DNA from: Mobula hypostoma
Lineage: Eukaryota
Length of the DNA stretch: 64,000 nucleotides
NCBI RefSeq assembly: GCF_963921235.1
Contig: NC_086109.1
Span: 4,156,001 to 4,220,000, forward strand
Direction: 5' to 3'
Both the position numbers and the translations under genes were made by a program. The first letter of the stretch is position 1, and each line of letters begins with the position of its first letter. The notes below the pieces were generated by a model. The model was not told the DNA's origin, did not search any database, and saw only the letters and a list, made by a program, of their open reading frames with translations. Shown here one piece after another: positions 23,716 to 36,481 of the stretch.

Positions 23716-25749
23716 AGGTACTGTAGGTACTCTGATAATAAATAATTTACTTTGATTTTTGAAATTTGAACTTTGATCCCAGCAGTAACTGGGCCTCAGG
23801 TCACAGGTGGCCTTCATACTATTCATTCACAGTATTTTTTACATTTTAAAAATTATATTTCCAATTGATATTTAAATATTGCAGTTTAAAAGTGATTAAA
23901 ATCACTGACAGCCTTTGGGAGCTGCCCAAGCAGTGGGTGGGACTTTGTTGGCAGTAAATGTAATGATTGATTGGACACTGGGATTGTTCGGCCCGGTAAG
24001 ATGGCAGCAACGAACAGGATGTGCGTACCCGGAGGAGAATGACGACAATGTTCCCGGCTGTAATGCGGCTAATGTGCGAACAGTGTTTGATGGCTCTGGG
24101 CCTGTACTTGGTGGAGTTTACAGAAAGGATCTTATTGAAACCTGCCAAATATTGAAAAGCCTGGAAAGAGCGGACAGTAGTGGTGGAGACTAGGGCCAGT
24201 GGGCACAGCCTCAGAATACAAGGATGTCCCTTTAGAACAGAGATGAGAAGCATTTAAGAGAAGTTTAGATAGTTACATGGATGGGAGGAGCATGGAAGGA
24301 ATCCAAAGAAACACACACAAATTCCTGATGAAAAGTTTCAACCCAAAACATTGTGTTTACTATTTTCCATGGATGCTGCCTGGCCTGTTGAGTTCCTCTA
24401 GCATTTGGAGTGTGGAGAGCTATGGTTCAGGTGGGAGCTATGGAAGTGGGAGAATAATTGTTTGGCATGGACTAGATAGGCTGAAAGGCCTGTTTCTGTG
24501 CGCTAGTACTCAATAAATCTACTGCTGTACAACAACCTGGGTGCTGGCTGTACAGAGGCAGGGAATGCGGGAATGGGAGGCTGTGGCCTGCTGTGGGTAG
24601 GGTATCGCCCTCCAGCTCCGCATCGGCACCCCGTGGGCAGGCGAGGGTTATTGCAGGTGAAGCGGTCTGACCCGCCGGCCAGGGTTACCGGGGAGCGAGC
24701 CAGCATCATCAGTGTGAACGCGGTGCAGGCGCACCGAGCTGTGCCGGTCTAACAGCGTGGGCAGGAAGGGCTGCGAGTTCGTGTCAGGACAGGGAGGAAA
24801 GGGTGCGGCTTGGAGATGACTCAACATCTGGAGAACCTGGCGACGGAGCCAGCTGTTGTAATAAACAGCAGATGTGTTGTTGCGGGGGATGGTGCCGGCG
24901 GGGTGGGGGTGAGGGACTGATCCCCTCTCAGCTTGGATGTCCATCAAATGCCTAGCGTCACTTTCTCAATCTGTGTACATGCTACCTTACGTGCTTTTAT
25001 TTTATTATTCTGTCCTTTTATATTTGTGTGCATTTTTGTGCTGCATTGGACCCGGAGTAACAATTATTTCATTCTCCTTCACACTTGTACTGGAAATAAC
25101 ATTGAATATCTTTTTGAATCCTCGAACCGTGGACGGTGCGCTGGGACCCCGTGGAGGGACGCCCGTGAGGAGACTGGAATTGGTTTATTATCGTCACGTG
25201 TGCCGAGGCAGAGCGAAAGACTCGTCTGGCACGGAGCAGATGGAGGATCCTGAAGACGGGTCTCGGCCCAAAACATCGGCTCTTTATTCCTCTCCGCTGG
25301 TGCTGTGTGACCTGCTGAATGCCTCCAGCATGTCGCTGTGTAACCAGCACCGGCGGACGAGGCTCAAGGACAGCTTCATTCAATTGAATGGTTTCCGAGT
25401 ACAATAACCTCATCATCTGCTTTGTCATGGCCTTGCGCCCGTTGTTTACCTGCACAGTAGCTGTTGTTGTTTTACCTTGCGTGTCATGATATTGTGCAGT
25501 GCTCCTTGAAGACGTGCACAATGATGGGGAGGGCGGGCTTTGCCTATGATGGAAAAGGCTCTAACCTCCAATTTCTGCAGACTCTTCCATTGGTGCTTCC
25601 ATGCCAGGCCGTGATGTAGCTGGTCCGGATTCTCTCCACTTGTCAAAGCTCCGGGTGACATTCCAAATCTGAGCAAACTGGTAAGAAAGTAAAGACACTA
25701 TTGTGTCTTCTATGTGGTGGCATTTACATGCTCAGAGCCAACACAGCTG

Positions 25750-27040
25750 CTGCAGAGATGGTCGACAGCTTCGGGTCCCTGGGCATCCATATCACCTGAA
25801 CGCGCTTCTAAACCCCTTCCTGGTCCCTCCACACACCTGAACACCCCTGGTCCGTCCACACACCTGAACCCTCTCCTGGTCCCTCCAAATACCTGAACCC
25901 TCTCCTGGTCCCTCCAAACACCTGAACCCTCTCCTGGTCCCTCCAAACACCTGAACACCCCCCCCCCCGTCACTCCACACACCTGAACCCTCTCCTGATC
26001 CCTCCAAACACCTGAACACCCCCCCCCCCCGGTCCCTCCACACACCTGAACACCCCCTGGTCCCTCCAAACACCTGAACACCCCCCCCCCCCGGTCCCTC
26101 CACACACCTGAACACCCCCTGGTCCCTCCAAACACCTGAACCCTCTCCTGGTCCCTCCAAACACCTGAACACCCCCCCCCCCCGTCACTCCACACACCTG
26201 AACCCTCTCCTGATCCCTCCAAACACCTGAACACCCCCCCCCCGGTCCCTCCACACACCTGAACACCCCCTGGTCCCTCCAAACACCTGAACACCCCCCC
26301 CCCGGTCCCTCCACACACCCTAACCCTCCCCTGGTCCCTCCATACACCTGAACCCTCTCCTGGTCCGTCCACACACCTGAACCCTCTCCTGGTCCCTCCA
26401 CACACCTGAACACCCCCTGGTCCCTCCAAACACCTGAACACCCCCTGGTCCCTCCACACACCTGAACCCTCCCCTGGTCCCTCCACACACCTGAACCCTC
26501 CCCTGGTCCCTCCACCCACCTGAACCCTCTCCTGGTCCCTGCACACACCTGAACCCTCCCCTGGTCCCTGCACACACCTGAACCCTCTCCTGGTCCGTCC
26601 ACACACCTGAACTCTCTCCTCGTCCCTCCACACAGCTGAACCCTGCCCTGGTCTCTCCACACACCTGAGCCCTCTGCTGGTCCCTCCATGCACCTGAACC
26701 CTGTCCTGGTCCCTGCACACACCTGAACCATATCCTGGTCCCTCCATGCACCTGAACCCTCTCCTGGTCCGTCCACACACCTGAACACCCCCTGGTCCCT
26801 CCACACGGCTGTAGTGATGAAGAAAACACATCAGTATGTAAACCTTAACAGACATGCTGTGGAAAACATCCTGACAGGTTATATTTCAGCCTGGTATGGC
26901 CACTGCTCTGGTCTGGTCAGGGAGTGGTAGGTCCATCACAGGCTCATGCCTTACTTCTATTCAGTCCGTCTTCGCGGAAGGCCAACAGCATTATGAATGA
27001 CGTCTGCCACCCTGGCCAATCCCCTTTCTCTCTTCAACCT
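25750..27040 (+). mobile_element. Rex1-type LINE fragment hosting the 29-bp array
   Basis: Left flank EMVDSFGSLGIHIT; right flank SLHT..V.KK.HQ, then VENILTGYISAWYG. Confidence 0.7.
25812..26806. repeat. ~29-bp minisatellite (~33 units) with variable poly-C tract
   Basis: Unit CCTGGTCCCTCCACACACCTGAACCCTCT, with variants ...GAACACCCCCCCCCC. Confidence 0.97.
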
Positions 27041-27049
27041 GCTGGGAGA

Positions 27050-27600
27050 ATCTGAACCAGGTTTAATGCCATTGGCATATGTCATGAAATTTGTTGTTTT
27101 GTGGCAGCAGTGCATGCAATATGTCATAATAAAATCTATGAATTACAATAAAATATATATTAAAAATAAATTCAGTAATTGGGTGATGGGGGACCTCAAT
27201 GATGGATGCTGCCTTTTTGGAGCATCACCTATTGAAGATGTCCTGGACCCTGGGGAGGCTAGTGCCCATGATGGAGCTGTGACACGTCCATACCAATGGT
27301 GATGCAGCCAGTTCCAATGCTCTCCACGGTACCTCTGTAGACATTTGGTGACAAACCAAATCTCCTGAAACTCTTAATGAACTACAGCCACCGTTGTGCC
27401 TTCTTTGTAATTGCATCAACATGCTCAACCCAGGATAGATTTTCAGAGATGATGACACCCTGCAACTCGAAACTGCTCACCCCTTCCACTGCTGACCCCT
27501 TGAAGGAGAATTGTGTGTTTTCCCTTGACTTCCCTTTCCCTTTGTCCACAGTCGGTTCCTGGGTCTTACCTATGTTGAGTACAAGGTTGTCGTTGCGATG
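27050..27600 (-). mobile_element. Rex1/Babar-type LINE 3' fragment
   Basis: SIMGTSLPRVQDIFNR..KKAASII remnants; tail as in the other copies. Confidence 0.8.
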
Positions 27601-27759
27601 GCTTGAATGGCTGGGTCAAAAACATCTGCTTCCTCAGTGCTGTTAGACTCCAGAAACAATCACCTCTTTCATACATTCCCTTCCCAGTCGTGTTGCCAAG
27701 TTCTTGGTCAGTTACTACCACTTCTGCTGTTTGTTTATTTATTTATTTTTGTATGGGTT

Positions 27760-28006
27760 TTTTTTTAGATACAGCACAGAATAGGCCTTTTTGGCTCTTT
27801 GAGCCAAATCACGGGACAATTTACAATGACCAATTCGCCTACCAACCAGCACATCTTTGGACTGTGGAGGGAAATCAGAGGACCTGGACGAAACCCACAC
27901 GTTCGTGGGGAGAACGTACAAACTCCTTACCGACAGCGATGGGAATTGAACCCGGGTCACTGGCACTCTAAAGCGATGTGCTAACTACCACACTACCGTG
28001 TTGCCG
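27760..28006 (-). mobile_element. tRNA-derived SINE
   Basis: Minus strand GGCAACACGGTAGTGTGGTAGTTAGCAC (A box) ... GGGTTCAATTCCC (B box), body GTTTGTACGTTCTCCCC, CR1-like tail and A-rich end. Related copies at ~28110-28385 and ~56960-57140. Confidence 0.85.
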
Positions 28007-28109
28007 CAAATGTCACTGTCACTTTAACATTTCTTTTTTGTACTACCTCAGTTTACATGGCTGCACTTTGCAACATTCTGCTGTTTCACACATGTTGCTG
28101 TATTTGTCG

Positions 28110-28385
28110 TTTATCTGTTTATTTATTTATTTATTGGGGTACAACATGGAATAGGCCCTTCTGGTCCTTTCCAGTCGTGCCACCCAGCAATACCCAGATG
28201 TGACCCTAGCCTCGTCCCGGGACAATTTAGCAATGACTGATTAACATACCAACTGGTAGGTCTTTGGACTGTGGGAGGAAACGAGAGACCTGGGGGAAAC
28301 CCAGTCACGCAGATAACGTACGAACTCCGTACAGACAGTGGTGGGAATTGAACCTGGGTTGCTGGTACAGTAAAGCATTGTGTTA
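28110..28385 (-). mobile_element. tRNA-derived SINE (same family)
   Basis: B box GGTTCAATTCCC, body CCTCCCACAGTCCAAAGAC, (TAAA)n tail. Confidence 0.8.
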
Positions 28386-28721
28386 ATGGTGTTGTACACT
28401 CTTTACTCTGTCAGCTTCATGTGAGCAAGGAATTGCTTTGCACCCTGGTGCATCTGAAAACTAACTGACCTCAATAATCTGTTGTCAGTGTTTATGGTCT
28501 GTCTCTGCCCCTGGGCCAGTTACCAGTTGCTACACGCACTTCATGCTTCATCTAATGGACATTTCGCAGCACAAATTATATTCTCTAATATCGGCTCGGG
28601 GTGACTTTAATCCACTTTCATGCTGTGTTCGTCTGGGGTTTTGATTGAACCTGTCAGTCACAGAAAGCTTGAAAACTGGCTCAGAGCTGCCCCCTCCTGG
28701 CAGAATGAGGTCAAATTCGGC

Positions 28722-29974
28722 AAACACGAGGAATTCTGCAGATGCTGGAAATTCAAGCAACACACATCAAATGTGCTGGTGAACGCAGCAGGCCAGGCAG
28801 CATCTCTAGGAAGAGGTACAGTCGACGTTTCAGGCCGAGACCCTTCGTCAGGACTAACTGAAAGAAGAGCTAGTAAGAGATTTGCAAGTGTGACGGGAGG
28901 GGGAGATCCAAAATGATAGGAGAAGACAGGAGGGGGAGGGATGGAGCCAAGAGCTGGACAGGTGATTGGTAAAAGGGATATGAGAGGATCATGAGACAGG
29001 AGGCCCGGGGAGAAGGAAAAGGGAGAGGTGGGGAAAAAACCCAGAAGATGGGCAAGGGGTATAGTCAGAGGGACAGAGGGAGAAAAAGGAGAGAGAGAGA
29101 AAGAATGTATGAATATAAATAAATAACGGATGGGGTACGAGGGGAGGTGGGGCATTAGCAGAAGTTAGAGAAGTCAATGTTCATGCCATCAGGTTGGAGG
29201 CTACCCAGACGGAATATAAGGTGTTGTTCCATCAACCTGAGTGTGGCTTCATCTTTACAGTAGAGGAGGCCGTGGACAGACATATCAGAATGGGAATGGG
29301 ATGTGGAATTAAAATGTGTGGCCACTGGGAGATCCTGCTTTCTCTGGCGGACAGAGCGTAGATGTTCAGCAAAACGATCTCCCAGTCTGCGTCGGGTCTC
29401 GCCAATATATAGAAGGCCACATCGGGAGCACCGGACTCAGTATATCATCCCAGTCAACTCACAGGTGAAGTGTTGCCTCACCTGGAAGGACTGTTTGGGG
29501 CCCTGAATGGTGGTAAGGGAGGAAGTGTAAGGGCATGTGTAGCACTTGTTCCACTTACACAGATAAGTGCCAGGAGAGAGATCGGTGAGGAGGGATGGGG
29601 GGACGAATGGACAAGGGAGTTGCGTAGGGAGCGATCCCTGCGGAAAGCAGAGGGGGGGAGAGAAAGATGTGCTTAGTGGTGGGATCCCGTTGGAGGTGGC
29701 GGAAGTTACGGAGAATAATATGTTGGACCCGGAGGCTGGTGGGGTGGTAGGTGAGGACCAGGGGAACCCTATTCCTAGTGGGGTGACGGGAGGATGGAGT
29801 GAGAGCAGATGTGTGTGAAATGAGAGAGATGCGTTTAAGAGCAGAGTTGATGGTGGAGGAAGGGAAGCCCCTTTCTTTAAAAAAGGAAGACACCTCCCTC
29901 GTCCTGGAATGAAAAGCCTCATCCTGAGAGCAGATGCGGTGGAGACAGAGGAATTGCGAGAAGGGGATGGCATT
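28722..29974 (-). mobile_element. Penelope-like element (RT C-terminus + GIY-YIG endonuclease + 3' pLTR with hammerhead motif at 28819-28856)
   Basis: AIPFSQFL.L.RICS...F.ERGFP, RVPLVLTYHP, GTY.C...KCYTCP, FQVRQHFTC, YIGETRRRLGDRFAEH. Confidence 0.93.
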
Positions 29975-29989
29975 TTGGTGCTGGTTTAA

Positions 29990-30520
29990 TGCTGCAGAAT
30001 CAGAATGGGGTTCGATATCACTGACCAAGATAACGTGAAGTTTGTTATTTTGCAGGAGCAGTGCAGTGCAAAGATATAAAAATTACTAAAAATTACAAAC
30101 ATAAGTAAGAAGTGCAATGAAACGGAAATGACAAAGTAGTTTATTTAGTGGGCTCATGCCCCATTCAAAAATTTGGTGGCGGGTAGGGAAGAAGTTGGTC
30201 CTCAAACATTGAGTGTGGGTCATCAAGGTCCTGTATCTCCTCACTGATGGTACTAAATAGAAGAGGGCACATCCTGGATCCTGGAGTGAGGGTCCTTAAA
30301 GATGGATATCACCTTCCTGAGGAACTGGCATTTGAAGATGCCCTCGGTGGTGGGGGAGGGGGGTGGTTGTACCTATAATGGAACTGTGTCTACAACTCTC
30401 TGCAGCTTCTTGTGACCCTGTGTATTAAGACTTCCAGGCAGGGGTGAACCATTCAGAACGCTCTTCAATGTACATCTGTAAAAATATGTACGTCTTGGGT
30501 GACAAGCCAAGTCTCTCCCT
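29990..30520 (-). mobile_element. Rex1-type LINE 3' fragment
   Basis: KKLQRVV..., RYRTL.THTQ remnants and family tail. Confidence 0.7.
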
Positions 30521-31011
30521 GGTTGCTGTCACATGGCTCTGCTGATCGGATCATCACCTGAGCACTAGTGGAAGGACCTGAATTTGGGAATAGACTTATC
30601 TACCAGTTTTAGTGTAAGTCAGAAGTTAGGATCCATTGGATCCCTAAGAAATTCCAATCCTCTCAGTCCAAGCTCAAAACTTGTCTGCAGTTGATAACAC
30701 CGGACAACAAAGATTTTGCTTCCTGAATACTTTTGGGTGTATCTTACGGATTTTGGGCTGTTGATCGTGAAAATCACCATGAAATCTCCCCTACCATGCA
30801 CCTTTTTTTTTTTGAAATTGCCTGTATTTGTTATTTCAATTCATAATTTAAGTCAATTAAAATATTAGACACAAGAGGTCCTGCAGATGCTGGAAATCTA
30901 GAGCGATACACACAATGTGCTGGAGGAGCTCAGAAGGTCAGGCAGCACCTATGAATGGGGATAAATAGTCAACATTTCAGACCAAGGCCCCTCCCCTCAT
31001 TATGAGCTTTC

Positions 31012-31426
31012 TTTTTTTTGTAATTTATTTTTTATTGAATTTCATCATCAAACAAACATTTCCATAAGGTGTATTTCAGATACTGTACATATATATCATA
31101 TAAACATATTTGTCACAAATCTCCACATAATATTTATCTGAGGTGTACGCTTATAGAAAGGAGAGGAAAGAAAGAACAATTGAAAGAAGAAAACTATGTA
31201 CAAAGTAGGGAGTGATCTTTTAAAACAGCATATTCATTGACTGTGAGAATAAAATCAGGCCTATAAGATGTTATGTAGTTAAACCATTTTTCCAGTATGA
31301 ATAAAATTGTTCCAACTTATGATTAACAGATGTTGTTAACTTCTCCATTTTGTAAATGTCCATTGTAATTTCCATCCATACATTTAAAGTTGGGCTCTCC
31401 TGAGATAACCATTTCCTGGTGAGGGT
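31012..31426 (-). mobile_element. 5'-truncated L1-clade LINE with 16-bp TSD
   Basis: Minus strand LTRKWLSQESPTLNVWMEITMDIYKMEKLT, AATAAA and poly-A; TSD CTCATTATGAGCTTTC at 30996-31011 and 31427-31442. Confidence 0.88.
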
Positions 31427-31570
31427 CTCATTATGAGCTTTCATCAATTAAAATGTTGCCCACAGCGTAAGCTGATGTTTTCTACCTTGTCCAGGCATAC
31501 CTGGGCTTGCTTGGGCAGGGCAGATGCTACACAGCAGGACAGGATTTAGAAAGGCTCTAAATTTCAAATT

Positions 31571-32025
31571 TTGAGACAGATGTTTCCCAGAATAACTGAT
31601 GCCAAGATTACGGAAGGCATTTTTGTTGGTCCACTAATCAAACAGGTCATCAAAGACAGGCAATTTGAAGATCTTCTAGTGGGACCGGAGAAAATCCCAT
31701 GGAAGGCATTTAAGGATGTTGTTATAAATTTTCTTGGTAACTACAGAGCACCAAACTACGTGCAGCCGGTTGACAACATGCTTCAAGCATACAAGGTCAT
31801 GGAGCACAACATGTCACTAAAGATTCATTTTCTGTATTCTTCCCTGCAAATCTTAGCACTGCCAGTGACAAACATGGTGAAAGGTTCCACCAGGACATTA
31901 CAGTCTTGGAGAAATGGTATCAGGGCAACTGGAATCCATCAATGCTGGCTGATTATTGTTGGACACTTAAGTGAGAAGCCTCAGACACTGAGTTCAAATG
32001 AAAATGATCAACAAAACATTTTTAG
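31571..32025 (+). pseudogene. Chapaev3-type transposase C-terminal remnant (frameshift, stops)
   Basis: ORF 31571..32035 plus shifted frame FPANLSTASDKHGERFHQDITVLEKWYQGNWNPSMLADYCWTLK*. Confidence 0.85.
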
Positions 32026-32399
32026 CTTTGTTTGAAATATTACAAAGCATCAGTACTGCTAAGCAATTAAATCCATAACATTCAATAGAAGTTAATTTCT
32101 TGTGCTCCAAATTCCTACATGATAGAAATAGTCTGAAATTATATTTATGTTTAGCTTCAAGCAGCTTATCATAAAAAAATCTGGGGAAGCAACATTTTTG
32201 AAAAGTGTAATAGGTACAGTTCATTTTAACCTTTGTGTGACCAGAGAAGAGAGTTAAAACCTGTACATTGCTATAGCTTCCCTTCCAACATCTCTTTGTC
32301 ACAGCTACAAAAGAATTCCAAAATATGATTTACTTTAATAAAATCATGTCAATGAGACTAAATTGTATTTTTACTTTCCAAAATGATTAGCTATTTGCT

Positions 32400-32790
32400 C
32401 TTGGCTGTAGTACCTTGCCGATAATACCTGTCCAACAACCTGGCCTGTAGCTCCCCTTGCCTACTGCCTTCCCCTTCACTGAGTAGAGACATGCTGTGTT
32501 TTCCAGTCCACAGATACCTCCTGGAGTTTGCTGAGTTATGAACAATTTCAACCAGTGAGTCCACTACATCTTCCTTCAAAGCCTAGGATGCAATCAACCG
32601 ATCCCAGAGATTGATCTGTTTCTAACCCCACGTGTTTCTTTAATAAATATCCCTCCTGACTGAGACTTACAAATTCTTCCTTGTTAGTTGAAATTGGCCA
32701 ATCTCTTACATTAGAGATTTTAACAGCATCTTCCACAGTGAAGACTGATCCAAAAAAATTACCAAATCAACCACTTTCTTTGTTCCTGTT
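32400..32790 (-). mobile_element. Old CR1 fragment
   Basis: SVFTVED, ..ILG..KE...LVEI..NS...W remnants on the minus strand. Confidence 0.65.
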
Positions 32791-32804
32791 TTCAACTGAC
32801 CAAA

Positions 32805-33250
32805 GCTCAAAGTAAGTGTATTATTAAAGTACATACATGTCACCATGTACGACCCTGAGATTCATTTTCTTCCGGGCATACTCAATATATCTATAGAATA
32901 ATAACCAGAATAGAATCAATGAAAGACCACACCAATGTGGGCATTCCAACAGTGTGCAAAAGACAGCAAACTGTGCAAATACAAAAATAAATAAATAGAG
33001 AGATAAATCGAGAACATGAGATGAAGAGTCTTTGAAAGTGAGTTCATAGGTTGTGGGAACATTTCAGTGATGGGGCAAGTGAAGTTGAGCAAAGTTATCC
33101 CGTTGGTTCAGGAGCCTGATGGCTGAGGGGTGATAACTGTTCCTGAACCTGGTGGTGAGGGTCCTGAGGTTCCTGTACCTTCTTCCTGATGGCAGCAGCA
33201 AGAAGAGAGCATGATGTGGGTGGTGGGGATACCTGATGATGGATGTTGCA
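32805..33250 (-). mobile_element. Rex1-type LINE 3' end
   Basis: SIIRYPHHPHHALFLLLPSGRRYRNLRTLTTRFRNSY.P.AIRLLN. Confidence 0.88.
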
Positions 33251-34084
33251 TCACTTTCTAGACTTGCCATACCTGCCTTAGCTGCCTTCCTCCTGTTTAC
33301 ATAGCCAGAGAAACTCTTTGCTTTGTTATTTCATACATGATTTCTCTCAAAATCACTTTTCTCCTTTCCTTTCAGATTTTGATATTTCACTATTGGATCC
33401 ATCCTATTCCTCTGGTCTACCCCAGCCCTTGTCATGTTGTTTGTATCCTTTCTGGTCCTTCTGGTTGACTGCTAGCTCCTGCCACATTGCTTACTCAAAG
33501 ACGTTAATTTGTCATCTTTGACCTGCTTTATTAAACTCAGCTGCTGAGCACCTTCACTCTGTCCCCCACAGAAGGCAGCATTTCCCAGTGGCCGTACATT
33601 TCAAAGATGAGCAAGTGAAGTTGGGTGAAGTTGTCCCCTTTGGTTCTCGGGGGTGGTGGGGGGTGGTGATAGAAATAGGGAACAATCTAGTTGTCATCTA
33701 CCAAATTTTATAGATTCTCAGAATCAGATTCACGTTTATAATCACTGGCTTAGATTCTATGAAGTTTGTTGCTCTGTGACAGCAGTATAGAACAAGACAT
33801 AAAATTACTACAAATAAAAGGTTCATTTATTATCAATCTATACTACTCTGCAATTCTTCTCTGGGTAACCATGAAACCAAGAAAAGAAAGACAGCACAAT
33901 CTTCAACCCCAAAAATCCCCCTCCCCACACAAAAAAAGAACAAAAAACAGAACAGCCACATTGACCCCTAAATCCCCCTCTGCACAAAAAAAAACACGGG
34001 AGAGATCAGGGAAGAACACAGAATATAAAAAATTATAAGACTGAAGAAAAGTCCATTTTCAAAACACAGAAAAGCTGAGTAACA

Positions 34085-34642
34085 TTCTCTTTATTTCTTA
34101 TATTTTATTTATTTATTTAAATCTTACATCCATCCCACTACATGACGGAGTAAAAATGTTTGCGTTATGACTCTGTCGCAACGTGCAGACATGTGAATTT
34201 ATAAGTCTAATGGCTTCTAGAAAAGAGCTGTCCCACAGCTTGTTGGTCCTGACTTTAATGCTGTGGTACCGTTTGCCAGGCAGAAGCAGCTGAACCAGTC
34301 TATATTTGGGGTGACTGGTGTCCCCAATGATCTTCCAGGCCTTCTTTCTGCACCTGCTGCTGTAAATGTCCTCAATGGAGGGCAGTTCACAACCACAGAC
34401 GTGCTGGGCAGTCCGTACCACTCTCTGCGGTGCCCAACCATCAAGGTTGGTGCAATTCCGGTACCAGGCGGTGATACAACCAATGGTGCCCCTGTAGAAG
34501 GTCTTGAGCATTTGGGGGCTCATGCCAAACTTATTCAGTCGTCTGAGGTGGAAGAGACGCTGTTGTGCCTTTTTTTTGCCACAAGGCCGTTGTGTACAGT
34601 CCAGATGAGATCATCAGTGGTGTGTACACTGAGGAACTTGAA
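34085..34642 (-). mobile_element. Rex1-type LINE 3' end
   Basis: MSPQMLKTFYRGT..CITAWY.NC...QRVVRTAQH..GCELPSIEDIY..RCRKKA.KI..D.SHP...LLPGKRY. Confidence 0.9.
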
Positions 34643-35148
34643 CTCTCACGGCACAGTGGCAGGCCCCCCCCCCCCCGCTCCCGCTCCCGCTCCCGTAGCA
34701 GGGCAATCAAAAGGCAGGCAGCAGGTGCTCACTTTCGGCACTCGCCTCGATGTCGCAACCCCCTCGTTGCTTTAATCAGTGCACAATGCAAGCTTTAATC
34801 CACGAAATGGGGTCAAATATCGGCTTGCACATGCCCGCCACGAGGTTCGCGCACGCTGCCTCTATCTCATGGAATCCTCTTGGCGACTGCAGAGCACCGG
34901 AACACACAAACGATCGCCAAACAGCAAATCAAAGTCGCAGAATAAAAATAACAAAATAATAAAAAATGCAACAGAGGAACGCTGAGGTAAGTCGCTCAGA
35001 ATTACGCATGTAGGAATGTGCTAGAGTCTTTACTGACATACCAAATCTCCTCAAGTTCCTAATTAAGTATAACCGCTGGAGTGCCTCCTTTACAATTGTT
35101 CAACTTCAAGTTTAATTGTCATTCAACCATACATGACTACAGCCAAAT

Positions 35149-35396
35149 TTTTTTTTAAGCATGTCATACCAGACATTCAGCCATTCTTGTCTGGCACGTG
35201 ATTTCAGGATTAACTGGGTCACATTATGAACGTTCCTGACTCGATCCTTGTATTTTTTTACGAGGCCGAGTGGCTAGCTCGACACTCAACCCGGCACGGA
35301 TGGAAAGCGTGCTCGGGGGTGGCCCGACCTGGATTCGAACTCAAGAACCTTCGCTCCGGAGTCCGGCGCTGATCTCACTGCGCCACCAGCCGGCCG
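35149..35396 (-). mobile_element. tRNA-derived SINE with 11-bp TSD
   Basis: Minus strand GGCCGGCTGGTGGCGCAGTGAG (A box) ... GAGTTCGAATCC (B box), A-tail; TSD TACAGCCAAAT at 35138-35148 and 35397-35407. Confidence 0.88.
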
Positions 35397-35800
35397 TACA
35401 GCCAAATGTGACAGTGTTACTCCAGGGCCAAGGTACAAAACACGGTACAACAGTCACACACAGTGCAAGGCACATATAGCACATATAAGGTAGCAGTAAA
35501 ATACAGTCTCACACACACTAAGGCTCCAAGTGCATGGACAATACAGCTTGCATTCTGCCAAGTGAACACTGGGGGGCAGCACCGACTCCAGCATGGACAC
35601 CCCGGAGGTGCGCCCAACTCCGCTGCCTCCCCCGGACAGCTGCAAACAGGTGACTTGAGGCCTCGTCCGCGCCGTGACCGAGGCCACGCAGCGCTCAACC
35701 CGTTCGCCAATAAACCAATGAACTGTACTGGCAAGATTCCACACCACCAATGTCTAACAGGCTCTTGCGAGCACAAGAAAAGCAGCTAAGATGATTACCC

Positions 35801-36481
35801 AAACAACAGGAATTCTGCAGATGCTGGAAATTCAAGCAACATACATCAATGTTGCTGGTGAACGCAGCAGGCCAAGCAGCATCTATAGGAAGAGGTGCAG
35901 TCGACGTTTCAGGCCGAGACCCTTCGTCAGGACTAACTGAAGGAAGAGTGAGTAAGGGATTTGAAAGCTGGAGGGGGAGGGGGAGATGCAAAATGATAGG
36001 AGAAGACAGGAGGGGGAGGGATGGAGCCGAGAGCTGGACAGGTGATGGGCAAAAGGGGGTACGAGAGGATCATGGGACAGGAGGTCCAGGAAGAAAGACA
36101 AGGGGGGGGGGACCCAGAGGATGGGCAAGAGGTATATTCAGAGGGACAGAGGGAGAAAAAGGAGAGTGAGAGAAAGAATGTGTGCATAAAAATAAGTAAC
36201 AGATGGGGTACGAGGGGGAGGTGGGGCATTAGCGGAAGTTAGAGAAGTCAATGTTCATGCCATCAGGTTGGAGGCTACCTATACGGAATATAAGGTGTTG
36301 TTCCTCCAACCTGAGTGTGGCTTCATCTTTACAGTAGAGGAGGCCGTGGATAGACATGTCAGAATGGGAATGGGATGTGGAATTAAAATGTGTGGCCACT
36401 GGGAGATCCTGCTTTCTCTGGCGGACAGAGCGTAGGTGTTCAGCAAAGCGGTCTCCCAGTCTGCGTCGGGTCTCGCCAATA
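35801..36481 (-). mobile_element. Penelope-like element 3' part (GIY-YIG; hammerhead motif at 35898-35935)
   Basis: IGETRRRLGDRFAEHLRSV...PVATHFN...LEEQHLIFR.GSLQPDGMNIDFSNFR*. Confidence 0.93.

Larger units (their letters stand above)
30698..32207 (+). mobile_element. Chapaev3-like (CMC) DNA transposon, internally deleted, carrying nested retroelements
   Basis: CAC...GTG ends with TAA on both sides (30695-30697, 32208-32210) and degenerate TIRs; transposase remnant FPRITDAKITEGIFVGP..FLGNY..NMSLKIHFL / SDKHGERFHQDI..YQGNW..SMLADYCW. Confidence 0.82.

Noticed and set aside
25710..26855. Gly-rich 381-aa and overlapping ORFs
   Set aside because: Translations of the 29-bp minisatellite.
35320..35396. 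tRNA gene
   Set aside because: A and B boxes are the head of a SINE with body, A-tail and TSD.
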